Assembly (NCBI GenBank): GCA_038496445.1
Contig: JALMLS010000123.1
Span: forward strand, 1-64,000
Direction of reading: 5' to 3'
Length of the DNA: 64,000 nucleotides
Source: Trichosphaerium sp. ATCC 40318
Taxonomy: Eukaryota; Protista; Tubulinea
The translations under genes and the position numbers were made by a program. Below, piece by piece: positions 52,832-64,000 of this stretch. The notes beneath the pieces were generated by a model. That model was given only the letters and a program-made list of their open reading frames with translations. It was not told where the DNA came from and did no database searches. Position 1 is the stretch's first letter. Each line of letters starts with the position of its first letter.

Positions 52832-54274
52832 ATGAGTGTCTTGGCAACGACTCTGTCAAAGCGCTGTATCCTCATAACACTTTTCACATTATTTGTCCCA
52901 TATCATTGTGTCAACTATGCAGACGCAAAAGAAGCGTGCGAAACTATGTGCGCGTATCACGTGATTGAATAAGTATTAACTTTAATTTATGTCAGGGGCC
53001 AAATCATTGTTAGAACCTCAAACGTGGTTAGTTTCAACCTGTTTAAAGAGCAAGTAAATAAAACTGCTACGAGAATATGGCTTGGCGCTGAACGTATTGG
53101 AGGACCCGACTACCCAGAAATGTCATGTGCGAGCTGTTTTGGTGAAGGCGACTGTGATTTATGTCGTGAAGCTTTCTCTTATATAGTTTGGCTACCAGAT
53201 AATGTACCAATGCTATCAACCGATTTATTTATAAATGGTGCTCAAGGAAACCTGTCATTGTTTCTTTCAAAGTATTTTACTGGAACTGGCCCTAGCTTTT
53301 CTCATGAGGGCAAAGAAGAGAGGTGCATTCAAATGAACGAAAGGGGTATGAGTATACTACTTCATTTTTTTCTTACCTTAGTTTCACAAGGACTAAATGA
53401 TGTATTCTGTGGCAACTCGATAGGAGTGGAATGTGAGGATTATGAGCCAATCCCAACTCAAGCTCCAACAGGCCCGCCCACGAATCCGCCTACAGAGGGA
53501 CCTACAAAAGCCCCTTCCGAGGCACCTACGGCCGCTCCAACAAGTGCGCCCACAAATCCGCCTACTGCGGGACCTACAAATGCCCCTTCCACCCCGCCCA
53601 CCGACGAACCTGTAGCAATTAATAGCACAATAGAGTTGAGTGGCATTGTATCGGTTATAGGAAAAGTGTTAGAGATAAACGGTGCGTGATTTTTATGCTT
53701 TGTATTTCAAATTTGAATTCGTTTCTTAGTATTGTAGGAAACTTAGTGCTTACGGAAAACACAATCTTATCAGTTAATTCAAACTCATCAATTTCCGTCC
53801 TTGGATGCCCAGTTTTCAATAAAGATACGGTGATAGATGTTACAGAAGTTAATGTGAGTATTAAATCAAACGCGTATTACAACACAAAGCTTATAATTTT
53901 ATAAGCAAACAACTGAAATTGAATTGATTACATTTTCTGTAAGTTGCTTGATTAACTTACAAAACGTCACAATTTCAGATCCAAACGCTTGCTTCAGCTC
54001 ACGTACGTAGAAGTTTTTACATGCGTACCACGTCTAACACTTAAATTGAGGTGTTCCTGGAAAGTTATTAATACTGTTTGGAGAACCATGTTTGTTTAAA
54101 GAGACTGATGACAATACTTTGATAATTATAGGTGTAATACTCGGGTGTGTATTTATCTTGGGGGTTGTCTCGTTACTTGCAATACTGGCAGTACCATCAT
54201 GGCGTAACGCTGTTTGTCCTTACCATTGCATAACGATATTCGAAAACAAATCTGACCTTGAGCTTTCAGAATAG
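52832..54274 (+). CDS. Type I membrane protein: C-type lectin-like domain, Pro/Thr stalk, beta-rich juxtamembrane domain, TM
   Basis: Hydrophobic leader, YADAKEACE..RIWLGAE..EERCIQM..LNDVFC....VECE, PT(x)AP repeats at 53445-53610, TM LIIIGVILGCVFILGVVSLLAILAV. Confidence 0.8.
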
Positions 54275-54290
54275 ACACGTGACACGTGAC
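54275..54290. promoter_or_regulatory. Tandem CACGTG E-boxes upstream of the intergenic foldback
   Basis: ACACGTGACACGTGAC lies in a convergent intergenic region. Function is inferred only. Confidence 0.35.
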
Positions 54291-54418
54291 TTTTACAGGA
54301 ACACTTTCTTTACTTTGCAACATATTTGATTTGTGTTTGATTCAGCAGACTTGCAGCAATGGGCACTTGTATATTTACTGTACTGCTTTTCATAAAAAAT
54401 ATATGTAATTAGAGCCTG

Positions 54419-54649
54419 TACCTAACTCTGAGTGCGCGCGTGAGCTGTGCTCCCATAGGTTCAGTCTGTAAGGTACGTCGTAGATATAGGTTAAAAGAAT
54501 ACTACAGATTTCTTTACGATTATGCGCTACCCATAAACTCTGCGCATTGTCTACCAGCTGGCCTACTTGAGTTGTTGGGAGCTGTGCACGTGGCCATTAA
54601 TGACCGAACCTATGTGAGTACAGTTTTCTAGCGCACAAAGAGTTAGGTA
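54419..54649 (+). other. 231-nt foldback with ~48-nt imperfect inverted arms (candidate pre-miRNA/ncRNA or TA-flanked MITE)
   Basis: Left arm TACCTAACTCTgaGTGCGCgcgtGAGCTGTGCTCcCATAGGTTCaGTC pairs with the right arm at 54602-54649, GACcGAACCTATGtGAGTACAGTTTtctaGCGCACaaAGAGTTAGGTA. Confidence 0.75.
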
Positions 54650-54800
54650 TTTCCATGAATGACGAACTGTGTCAAATTACAGTGTTTATTATTTTTGTTT
54701 TTCGTAAGTACACAACTTTGACAACAAACAAAGGTGTCAAAATTGTTGGTGGGCTGCCAGAACATGAATTAAAAAAGTTTCATGATTTGCTTATTGGCTT

Positions 54801-57800
54801 TTAACCCCAGAACGTTGAACGCTTCTTCTTAACAGCTCTGCTTGATTTAGAGCGCGGTACAGATTTACCCTTGCTTAAACTTGGACTACGACGTGATCTA
54901 CGCATGTAAGTGGCTATTGCTTTAGCAATACGTGGTCGTGGGTTTTCTTTATCCTTTGCAAGATCTAGAGGATACACAGGTACTTTTCCCGCCTAAAAAT
55001 GCGAATAGTTAGTACACATTAAAACTACATGCTCGATGAAATATGTTAAAAAACCAAAACCGTAGGGTAAAAGTGAGAAAAAAGAAGGATTTTTTGTCAA
55101 GTAAGTTTTTTTTGGTGTTTGTTTCTTGAAGACAAATAGGGCTTGCGTCGATCTTTTGTCTGTTTGTTTTTTTTGAAAGTATCATTTTATAAGTTCTTCG
55201 TTATTGACTTGTTTTGTTACCTGTATGACATCAACTTGTTGTCCAATAAGAACATTTACAATCTCAATAGAACCGCCTAAAACGGCCCAATGTAATGGAG
55301 TCCACTCCAAGCGACCATCAATCCTGTTTATATCCGCACCAGCTTCAATTAACAATTTAACAACATGGAAATTACCAATTAGACAAGCAGCATGAATAGG
55401 AGGAAACTCATTATCATCGACGTCACCCTATGAGAAAAGTCAGAGTCAATAAAAGTATTATCTGACGTTTTTTTCTTCTTGGCCTTTTTAGGAGGGTCGT
55501 GCTCCATTAAATGGAGTCTATCAAATAAAAACGTACTCTTTCTACATCAACACCATGGTCAATAAGACATTGTACCATTGCTACAGAGTCTTGTTTCTCT
55601 AACTGTTCAATAGCAATCAACAAAGGTGTTTGACCCAAAATATCAGTTGTTCGAAGTTTTGCGCCATGTTTTATCATTATACGAACTGCGTCGGTGCTAA
55701 AGGTAAGAAAATAAGTTAGCACACTAAAAGAGATAAATGATATGGTAGGTACCTTCCCCACAAGACAGCGAAATGAAGAGGTGGAATAGCAAAGGCAGTT
55801 GTGTTTAAGTTTTCTTTGTTGTTTGACAACATCTTTTCAAGAGCTAGTGGGTTGCTATCTTTTAATGTTGACCAAAACTGTCTGTCTTCATCAGTTACAA
55901 CAATAACTTGTTGTGTTTTATATCTATAATCTGCAGACTTTCTACGTTCTCTACCTTCAGTCTGAACACTTAAGTGTTCAAGTTTCTTAAGTTGTCTATT
56001 CTCGTTTGCTAGCTCCAAGTTCTTTGCTTCGAGGTCTTTGTACTTTAACAGCGCTTCTTGTACCAGCTCTGTTACTTGTACTTCCTCTTTACCTTCTGAA
56101 AGTAGTAGCTTGAACTTCAACTCTTCCACTAGGTCGAACGAGTCAGAGACAGAAAAAGATCAAGATTTTCATTTTTAAAGAAATGTACCTTCAAATTGTA
56201 GAGAAGAGTTTGTCTTTCTTAAACTAGCTAATTCTTTCGAATGAGCATCTGATAACTGTTGGTATCTATCTCTTAGAGTTTCTGTAAACTGTGAAATCTC
56301 TGCAGCTTTCTTTTTTACACGCATTGTGACAAGTGAATCCAACTCCTCTTGTGATATTGTAATACCATCTTTATTATTGTTATCCTCCTAAAAAACAATC
56401 AGCCAAAAAACGAAAAAACGGTCAAAGCTCCGGTATGTATATGATTAAAGTACGTACATGTGGTGCAATTAAGGTTCTTGAAATGGTTTTACCGTCCTCA
56501 GAAAACAAAGAGTCAAAAGTACCTCTTCTCTGAAAATTCTAGGGCAAGAGTAAATGTGATGATAATAGGATCTTTAACTTACCACACTTCTACCACCGCT
56601 TCTCTCATGAGGAGAGGATGGCGTTGATCGTCCTCTCTGCTGTTTAAGCTGTGATTTTGCTAACGCATGAGCACGTTTAATGCATTCTAGTTCAGCGATG
56701 ACTGTTGCTAATTGCTCATCTTTTGTTTTAATAGTGAACTCTAACAAAGCATTTCTTTCCTTTAATGATGCATTGTCGAGGTCAGGCAGTTCGCTTGTTA
56801 ATTTCTCTATCTCCTGAAGTTGTCTTTGTAGTGCCGTGTTATCCGTGGGCGCCGCTATGGTAATCGAAGGTACACTACTCTGGCTTGGTGAAGTTGAAAT
56901 TTCAGTAGAGCTCTTCAAGTCTTGTATCTAATTTTTTTTTCGTTAACTTTCTTTCAAACAGTGTTTAGTTTGTACCTTCTTTGAGAGCTCTTTGGTCTTT
57001 GCTACCTCCTTATCATATAAAGATTTAAGTTCTTTGTAATCAGTATATACATCATCAGCACTGATTGCTATAGCTGGTACAGGTGAAGCAGTAGTTTGAC
57101 TGTTTTGAAGAGATTCTTCCAAGCTTTTGATTTTATCTTCAAGAGCTTTAACAACGCCTTCATGGTTAGCAGCCTCAGCTGCCTCAATCTGCTTAGCCTT
57201 TTCAGTTTCTAGAGACTCCTCAAGTGATTTGACTTGCATCTGAAGTGATGTCACATTTGCTTCAGCTTCAGAAGACTTAGCTTCTTCTTTAGCAAGAGAT
57301 TCTCGAAGCTGATCAAGTTCAGTTTCTGTTTCATTGTTTACAGCTTCCTTAGCCTTTTCTTCTTCAAGAGATGCCTTTAATTGATTTATCGTTTCTTCTA
57401 GGCTAGATTTAAGTTCTTCAGATTCTGACTTGGTTTTCTGAAGCTCAGAAATAGTTTCTTCTTGAACAGTGTGTTTTTCTTTTAATTCTTTAATCTCATT
57501 AGTAAGCTCTAAGAACTTCTCCTCCTGTGAAGTTATTTTATCCTTTTCAGCTTGTAGTTGCTCTTCAAGTGTTAGAATAGACTGTTCGGCTTCCTTTTCT
57601 TTTGTTGTGTGGGCTTCAAGCTTTGTTTCCATGTCGTCCTTGATTGTTTTTAATTGCTCTTCAAGCGTTAGTATAGATTGCTCGGCTTCCTTTTCTTTCG
57701 TTGTGTGAGCTTCAATATTCGTTTCTAAGTCCTCCTTTACAGACTTAAGTTCTTCATTAATCTTTACTATCTCTGAACTTTTTGAAGCAATTTCTTTCTT

Positions 57801-60800
57801 GTACTCATCGACGTTTTCGTCTTGTAGTTTATCCTTTATGGCTGCATACTTAACTTGAAGCTCAGTAAGTTGAGTTTCAAATGCATCACGTTGGGCTTTT
57901 ATGTTACTAACATCACGTGCTTCCATCTTGAGCTTTCTAAGCATTTTTCTATCCAAGAGGTCAGCATCGTATCTTTGCATACAATGTACCTGGCTAGTTT
58001 CCCTCTCCACATCGTTTGAGCCCAGAGAGCTCCTCTTTGAAGAGATTTAAAGTATTTATGTCCTACTGAACCACGAATATATTTCTGTAGAACAGTGGCA
58101 TGATGCTCTAAGTAACAAGTTAATATTGTTTTCCAATCAAAAATAAAAAGCTCCAAAAAGCGTTCAACTCACCTTTCTTTTTGTGCCAGAACTGTCTTCG
58201 AGCGATTTCAGCACGCAAAGCTATTACTATGTTAGCTATACGTCATAATAAAGAATTAGCTTACCAGACTGGATAGTGACAACATCATAATGATCTGACA
58301 AGTATTTTGATCTACATAAATACATCCTTGCTACACGTTGTAATCGTGTAGCAGCACATGTTTCTCTCACTGCTTTTACGATAGCTTTTGCTTTAATCAT
58401 GCGCCAAACTAAATTGTTATTAAATACACAACATTGACAAGAAGCATTCAAAGAAAAGGCAATCAAAAAAAGAAAAAAAGGGGCACGCACATGCTTGCAT
58501 TTTGATGATTGCTTTACGCATTATAGCATACTTTTTAACAGCTTGAGATCTTTTGAAATGTTTCTGTATAGTAACAGCAGCATTGACACGTTTACGTCTT
58601 CTGAATTCCTCAAGATTTGCAAGAACGCCAACTTTTAGAAACAACTTTGTAACTCCAAATTGAATTAACTTTTCTTCAATCTTTAAATGCTCAACAAGTC
58701 TTTCTGCAGCTTTTTTATAATCCCCATTAGGCTTGAATAGTTTTTTAGCTGGTAAGAGCATATTATATCGTTCCCAAAAGTCAGAATATTTCTTTCTACT
58801 TGGAAATCCTGCTCGACAGATTCTTATTGCTTCCATAACACCTCCACACCGAAGTTGTTGTAATACCATTGACTTCCAAAACATCTCTGGGACCTTCTCC
58901 TCGTTCGGTTTTATACATCTAACATAGTGGGGTTTTGTACTACTAATTATACCCATAAGTTCAGCAAGAGACTCCTGTACAAGATTGTTAACAAATGGAC
59001 AGCTATCCGCAAATGATTTTCGACACGTGCCTTAAACTGAGTTCCAATACTAATAAAGGTTGTTCCAGAGCCTGACTGAGATTTATTTCCTCTAGGAGAT
59101 GCGGAACGTCCTCTTCGTTTTGGAGGTGCACTAAAAAATGTTAAAGGGTTTTTAAAAGTAGTTCAGAAATGTCTACCTCAGCCCACCCCTCTTTGTCTTA
59201 CGTGGAGCTCTCCCTTTTGACTTTGGAGGTTCAAAAACCTCAGCCAGAAAAGCGTTAGAGGATGCACGTATGGTATGAAGCTGTTCAACGATGACAAAAT
59301 CATTATTCTTCTCCAAGAAACCAGTTGCATTGTATTTGATTTTACCGGCATAATGTAGTATTTTAAATTCAATTTCTGATGTCTTCACAGTTTGAAAGAA
59401 TGGATTACGCCCGCTTGCGCGTACCAGCTTCCTAACATAGTGTGATTTACTCTAAAAAGAATATGTGGTAACTTACCGGCAGTATTGCTCATCAGAGCCA
59501 CCAGGAAATTGACATTCTTCATCAAGTACAGATAGAATACCATTACGCTTTTCTATTAGATCTAAGCAAGGTTGATTGTCCTTAAAATCAATATACTCCC
59601 AGCTTATTTTTTCTTTTTTGTAAGCTGCTTGTTCAAGTTTGAACACGTGCTATGATAAAAAAATTATACATCACGTGATACATAGAAAAAAAAGAAAAAA
59701 ACGTACCTGATTAAATTGTTGTTGAAGTTTTTCATTTGCCTTTTGGATAAGTTAGTTGAGTGCGAAGAAATTAGTTTGGATAAATGGTACATACGTAGTT
59801 AATACAAAATTGTTCAAAACTGTTATACTCAAACGACTCAAACCCGTAGATATCAAGTACACCAATAAATGCTTTCATTTTCTTTGTATTATCGATAGAT
59901 ACGTTAATACGATTAACAAGCCTTAATAAAAAGTTGGAATCATGCAATATGCAATCGTTTGTAGTACCATGTAAACACACGTGAATATATCAACATAGCC
60001 ATAGAATCACGAGCTTGCTCAGCTTCTACTACTTGCAATGGTACTTCATAAAACTCTGAGCTATTCTTTGAGCCTATTAAACGGTCAGCTACGCCTTAAC
60101 ACTCTTGGTAAAAAATATAATCATTGCACCTTTGACAGTAAGTTTTTTTGTCAACAAAGTTGATAAGGCTGCATCTATATTAAGACCAAGGAGATTACAC
60201 GATATGTCTAATGCTTTTACGCCCTAATACCTTAATAAGCAAAATAAGGAAGTAACAATCACGTACTTCTTCATCAACGCCAGCTTTGGTGTCTCCACCT
60301 TCTGCCTCATCTTCGATAAATGTGATATTACCCAAAAATAATACACCGATAAGAACTCTGATTATAACATTAGTTGACGTGTCAACGTAGTTTTATTGTA
60401 CCTCCAAATTAGTACTTGCTCATCTTTGCTTATACCAACAGTAGCCAAAGCTTGAAGAGTCTCTTCAAAAACCTCAGCATCATCAACGTCCTCAATTACT
60501 GGGTCTGATTGAGCTAGGTAAAAGAAATCTTCTGCCTCTAGATCTGTCAAGCCTAATTCCTCTCGGACATCATCTTCAAGCCCAGCAAGAAGCTATTCAG
60601 TAATTAGAGCGTGATGTACTAAATACAACCGTACTTGGTAGAAAATATGATAATTTCTTTCACTTTCAGATTGACGAACAAGTCTAGATTTCTCAAGGAG
60701 ATAAGTCCATATCTTAGCTCCGATAATGACACCTGCTTCATTGAATTGCACTTCAATAAATTTACCAAACCGACTCGAATTATCGTTACGCGTTGTTTTA

Positions 60801-61864
60801 GCGTTACCGAAAGCCTACATTACATTAATTAGTAAATAGATTCCATTTTACAGACACGAAAATCAATACAGCTTTCAAATACTTTGGCATTTGTTTTATG
60901 ACGCACCTCAAGTACAGGAGTGCTCGCTAGCACCTTATCCTCGATTGATTTTTGATCAGTAACATGATCAGGATTCATAGCGGCAAAGTATTGGAGAATA
61001 AACTAGATAAAGGGGTAAGAAATTGCTATCTTACCATTTTTTTTTTGTATACCTTCGTTGTTTCAGTCTTTCCCGCGCCTGATTCACCACTAACTAATAC
61101 TGACTGGTTTTCGCCTTTACATAACTGTCAGTATCCAGTAACAAAGACAAAAAATTATGAAATGATTGAGTGAACATTCTCTGATTCACTTCGAAAATGG
61201 TGATGCTACTGAGCTAGTCCAGCATTACACGTACCGAAATCTACCATGGAGCGATATGCGTTCTCTGCTAGAGAGTATACATGAGGTTCTAGTTGATCTC
61301 GGTCAGCACCAACGAAACTCTTTATTATATCAGGGGAATAAATAGGTAAACGCTTGTATGGGTTCACCTACGCGTGGTGAGTTGAATAGCGAGCGTAAAC
61401 TTTTAGCGTACAGCAACAAGAATTGTTCCTGAGAAAGTATAAATCTCATTTCTCTTGTAACGGTACCCCAAGTTATGTAATACGCCTGGTTCGTGCTTGA
61501 TAAAGTTAGAAGAGTTTCATTCAAAAAAAACGTTACCAATAATGACAAGTTTGTCAAATCAGCTACTCCTTGTAGTATTGAGGGATTACACATCCAGACC
61601 TCACCGCTAGGTACGGATTTTTCCTTTTTAGATAAGCCTTGATTTTTAATGTGGTATTCTACGCTGTACCTCCTCCCCGTCATCTGTATCTATTGATACA
61701 ACCGTCGTTGTAGCGTTTCTTGATTTTACGATGCCACTAATGTAAAATTCCTCCTGGTCCGTCACCCAAACCTGGTTTTCAGTTTTAGTTTCTGTTTTGA
61801 ACAACGAATGTTCTCAAAAACTTACTTTTGTTCCAACGCCTATTTCTTCATCTGTTGTAGCCAT
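54801..61864 (-). CDS. Unconventional myosin (class V/XI-like head, IQ motifs, long coiled coil) with C-terminal ankyrin repeats
   Basis: [64 protein letters not shown], several IQ motifs, coiled coil, then PPLHFAV / GQTPLLIA / PPIHAAC / WTPLHWAV ankyrin repeats. Stop at 54801. Confidence 0.9.
57556..57735 (-). repeat. 96-nt (32-aa) tandem duplication in the myosin coiled coil
   Basis: [21 protein letters not shown] occurs twice, 32 aa apart. Confidence 0.85.
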
Positions 61865-62156
61865 TTTAGTAGCCTCACGCCGTACAAACGCAACAGTAGT
61901 ATACTAACTGCGTTTATGGTAGTACGCGTTACCAATTGTCCTAGCGATTGAACGATTGAACGCAAGTGTGTTATACCGTAATTATGTAGCACAAATACCA
62001 AAGCGGAATTTTATCCTTCCTCGTACTTAATGTAACGGAGCATTAAGCAACCCATCATCCCGACTATTGCGTGAAGATACAGGTTCACGAGTGTGCGTAC
62101 ATCACGTGTGGGGTAATTGGTGTCGATTTGTCAAAACCAATACTTGATCACCTGTA

Positions 62157-64000
62157 ATGGAGGGTGAAACGAAGGTTCTAAAGTCGGGGGACTTTGTTCT
62201 ATGCTTCTCTGAGGCAGCAGAAGAGGATGGATTTTTAGCGCCTGTAGGTTCAGCAAACAATACCTGCACAGTGCGAGCGACGAAGGAGAAAGGTGTGCGG
62301 GATCGCCAAAGCTTTACGGCTGTATTTAACTAACACAAACAGATTGCGTCTTCAAGCTTGTGCCTGCTGTTCAACTGTTTCTAAACAACGGAAAAGACGC
62401 TGGTGATAAACTCAAGGCAATAAACAAGCTAATCAAAACGTGTAACGTTTTTAGGTTTTACAAAACGCTGCGAAGAAATCGCTTGAGACGCATCTAGAGG
62501 GTAAAGATATAGTTTACGGACAAATTCTACAGGTACGCTCTGATTATCGGATACGAACGTTGCCAACAATTTGTAGTTCATCCACAAGCGTACCAATCGC
62601 GTTTTATCCATAAGTTCTACGCCTGCGGGCTTGGACGACGGTAACAACCTAGTGTCACTTCAAAAAGAAGCAAGTGTTGATGCTTCATTTAAAATAGTAC
62701 CACACATGATAGACAAATGCGATGGTGACCAGGTGCGCGGTTTTTAACAACAAAAAACATAAACAATTTGTGTAGAAAAATAGCTATTTTGTGCTTATAT
62801 ATGTTCTACTAGGTCGAAAACGGCGACAAAGTGCGTCTAGAGCATGTACAGAGTGGTAAATTTTTACACCAAATGTCGACCACTGATGAGGAGGGATACT
62901 ATCGTATCAACTTGGAAACGGACTTTACAATATGGAGTATGTTCCATTCTGATATTGGCGAGGGTCACAGGTGTGTTACAGTGGCGTATTCTCTGGAAAA
63001 ACCGGTTCACCTTTAGCAATCGCTTATAAAATATAGGGCAGCATTAGTTACAGGAAGTGTGATTCACTTGAATCACCCTGTCAGTGGATATTTGCACGGA
63101 AGTAGCGATGAGCAAACAGGTAATGTTTTTCATTGTTGTATAATAAGCAGTCTATTTTAACTATTAATAGCCAAGTGTAAACGATATCCAATGAGAAAGG
63201 GTATAACACGCTCAACCTATAGGTATCCTACAATGTGGGTGGTAGAAAAAGCAGTAGAATTCGTAGAGGAATCTGATATAAATCAAGGTGCCATTGTTAG
63301 TATGGTTGTAAACTAATTGTGGTATTCATAGCTGAAATAACATGGAACCAGCCGATAAAATTGAGATTGTTCGGTACACATCAGTACTTGGCTCTTAAGG
63401 AGGTTGAAAAACAACCTTCACGTATTATACTAGCGGATAAATCTGACGTGACAGTTCACACAGTGTTTTCTCTTTATTCTGCAATGAAAAAGGTTCGTGT
63501 CTAAAAATGGTATCTCAATTCTTGTTTCTTATTATGGTTAATAGGAACAAGATGAAGTTTCTTTTGGTGCGAAAGTGATTGTTCAATCTACGACAACAAA
63601 GAAATGGCTACATTGTATCGATGAAAACATGAGCTACAGAGGATCTGACTTTGAAGTAAGTCTTAGTTCATAAAGTGTTTCAGTTCACTGACTTTTTTAT
63701 TCATAGCTTTTCACAAATAAAAAGTTTAATCTCAAGGACGCAGCTTCTCTTATTCAAGTACCACAAGCAGAAATTGAAGACTATGAATTTGTTCAACAAC
63801 GTGTAGAAGTTCTAAGAGAATACAATAGAGTGGTAATGCAACAAGCTTACTAAACTTTATCCGTTGATTTCTTTGTTAGGCTCATAGGTCCCAAGATGAA
63901 GAAGAATTACTAGCTGTTGCTATACGAACACCTGTTCGTAAAGCTTTACAAGAGCTGATATTCTTCTGTACTGTGAGTGACGAGGATGACCCGTTCCTAC
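62157..64000 (+). CDS. Inositol 1,4,5-trisphosphate receptor-like Ca2+ channel, N-terminal part (runs off window end)
   Basis: LKSGDFVLCFSE..DGFL, DCVFKLVP, QFIHKRTNRVL, FKIVP...GDQVENGDKVRLEHVQSGKFLH (suppressor/MIR region), LRLFGTHQYLAL, LQELIFFC...DDPF. Confidence 0.85.

Noticed and set aside
54419-54649. SRP RNA or telomerase RNA identity for the foldback
   Set aside because: No SRP helix-8 GNRA/AGCAG motif or Alu-domain pattern on either strand, and no clear telomeric template.
62020-62095. tRNA-like element in the myosin/IP3R promoter (GGTTCA, two short hairpins)
   Set aside because: No cloverleaf, acceptor stem or A-box can be formed.

Overview
Eukaryotic nuclear DNA, about 37% GC by eye. 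It is gene-dense, with many short (~40-60 nt) GT-AG introns and the standard genetic code. The gene set (Shk-type kinase-SH2, Costars, gp91phox-type Nox, IP3 receptor, RasGEF, class V/XI-like myosin, Acanthamoeba-like 5S rRNA) points to a free-living amoebozoan; this is an inference. About 29 protein-coding genes were assembled by hand from exon fragments, so internal exon boundaries are approximate. Top observations: (1) a single gene fusing F-box + SH3 + 2OG-Fe(II) prolyl-hydroxylase-like domains, a candidate O2-dependent 'mark-and-degrade' SCF receptor; (2) a complete 5S rRNA gene nested in an intron of an AAA ATPase; (3) a 231-nt long-stem foldback between convergent genes, either a pre-miRNA-like ncRNA or a TA-flanked MITE, plus weaker intergenic hairpins; (4) an enolase with an in-frame mitochondrial-type presequence; (5) a large WH2-Central-Acidic protein outside the standard NPF architectures; (6) a myosin ending in ankyrin repeats; (7) two W-rich helical-repeat proteins, one ending in a RAP/PD-(D/E)XK-like nuclease domain; (8) an intronless F-box-like/MORN gene of giant-virus type; (9) a frameshift inside a mucin repeat. 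No CRISPR array, tRNA or autonomous transposon was seen.
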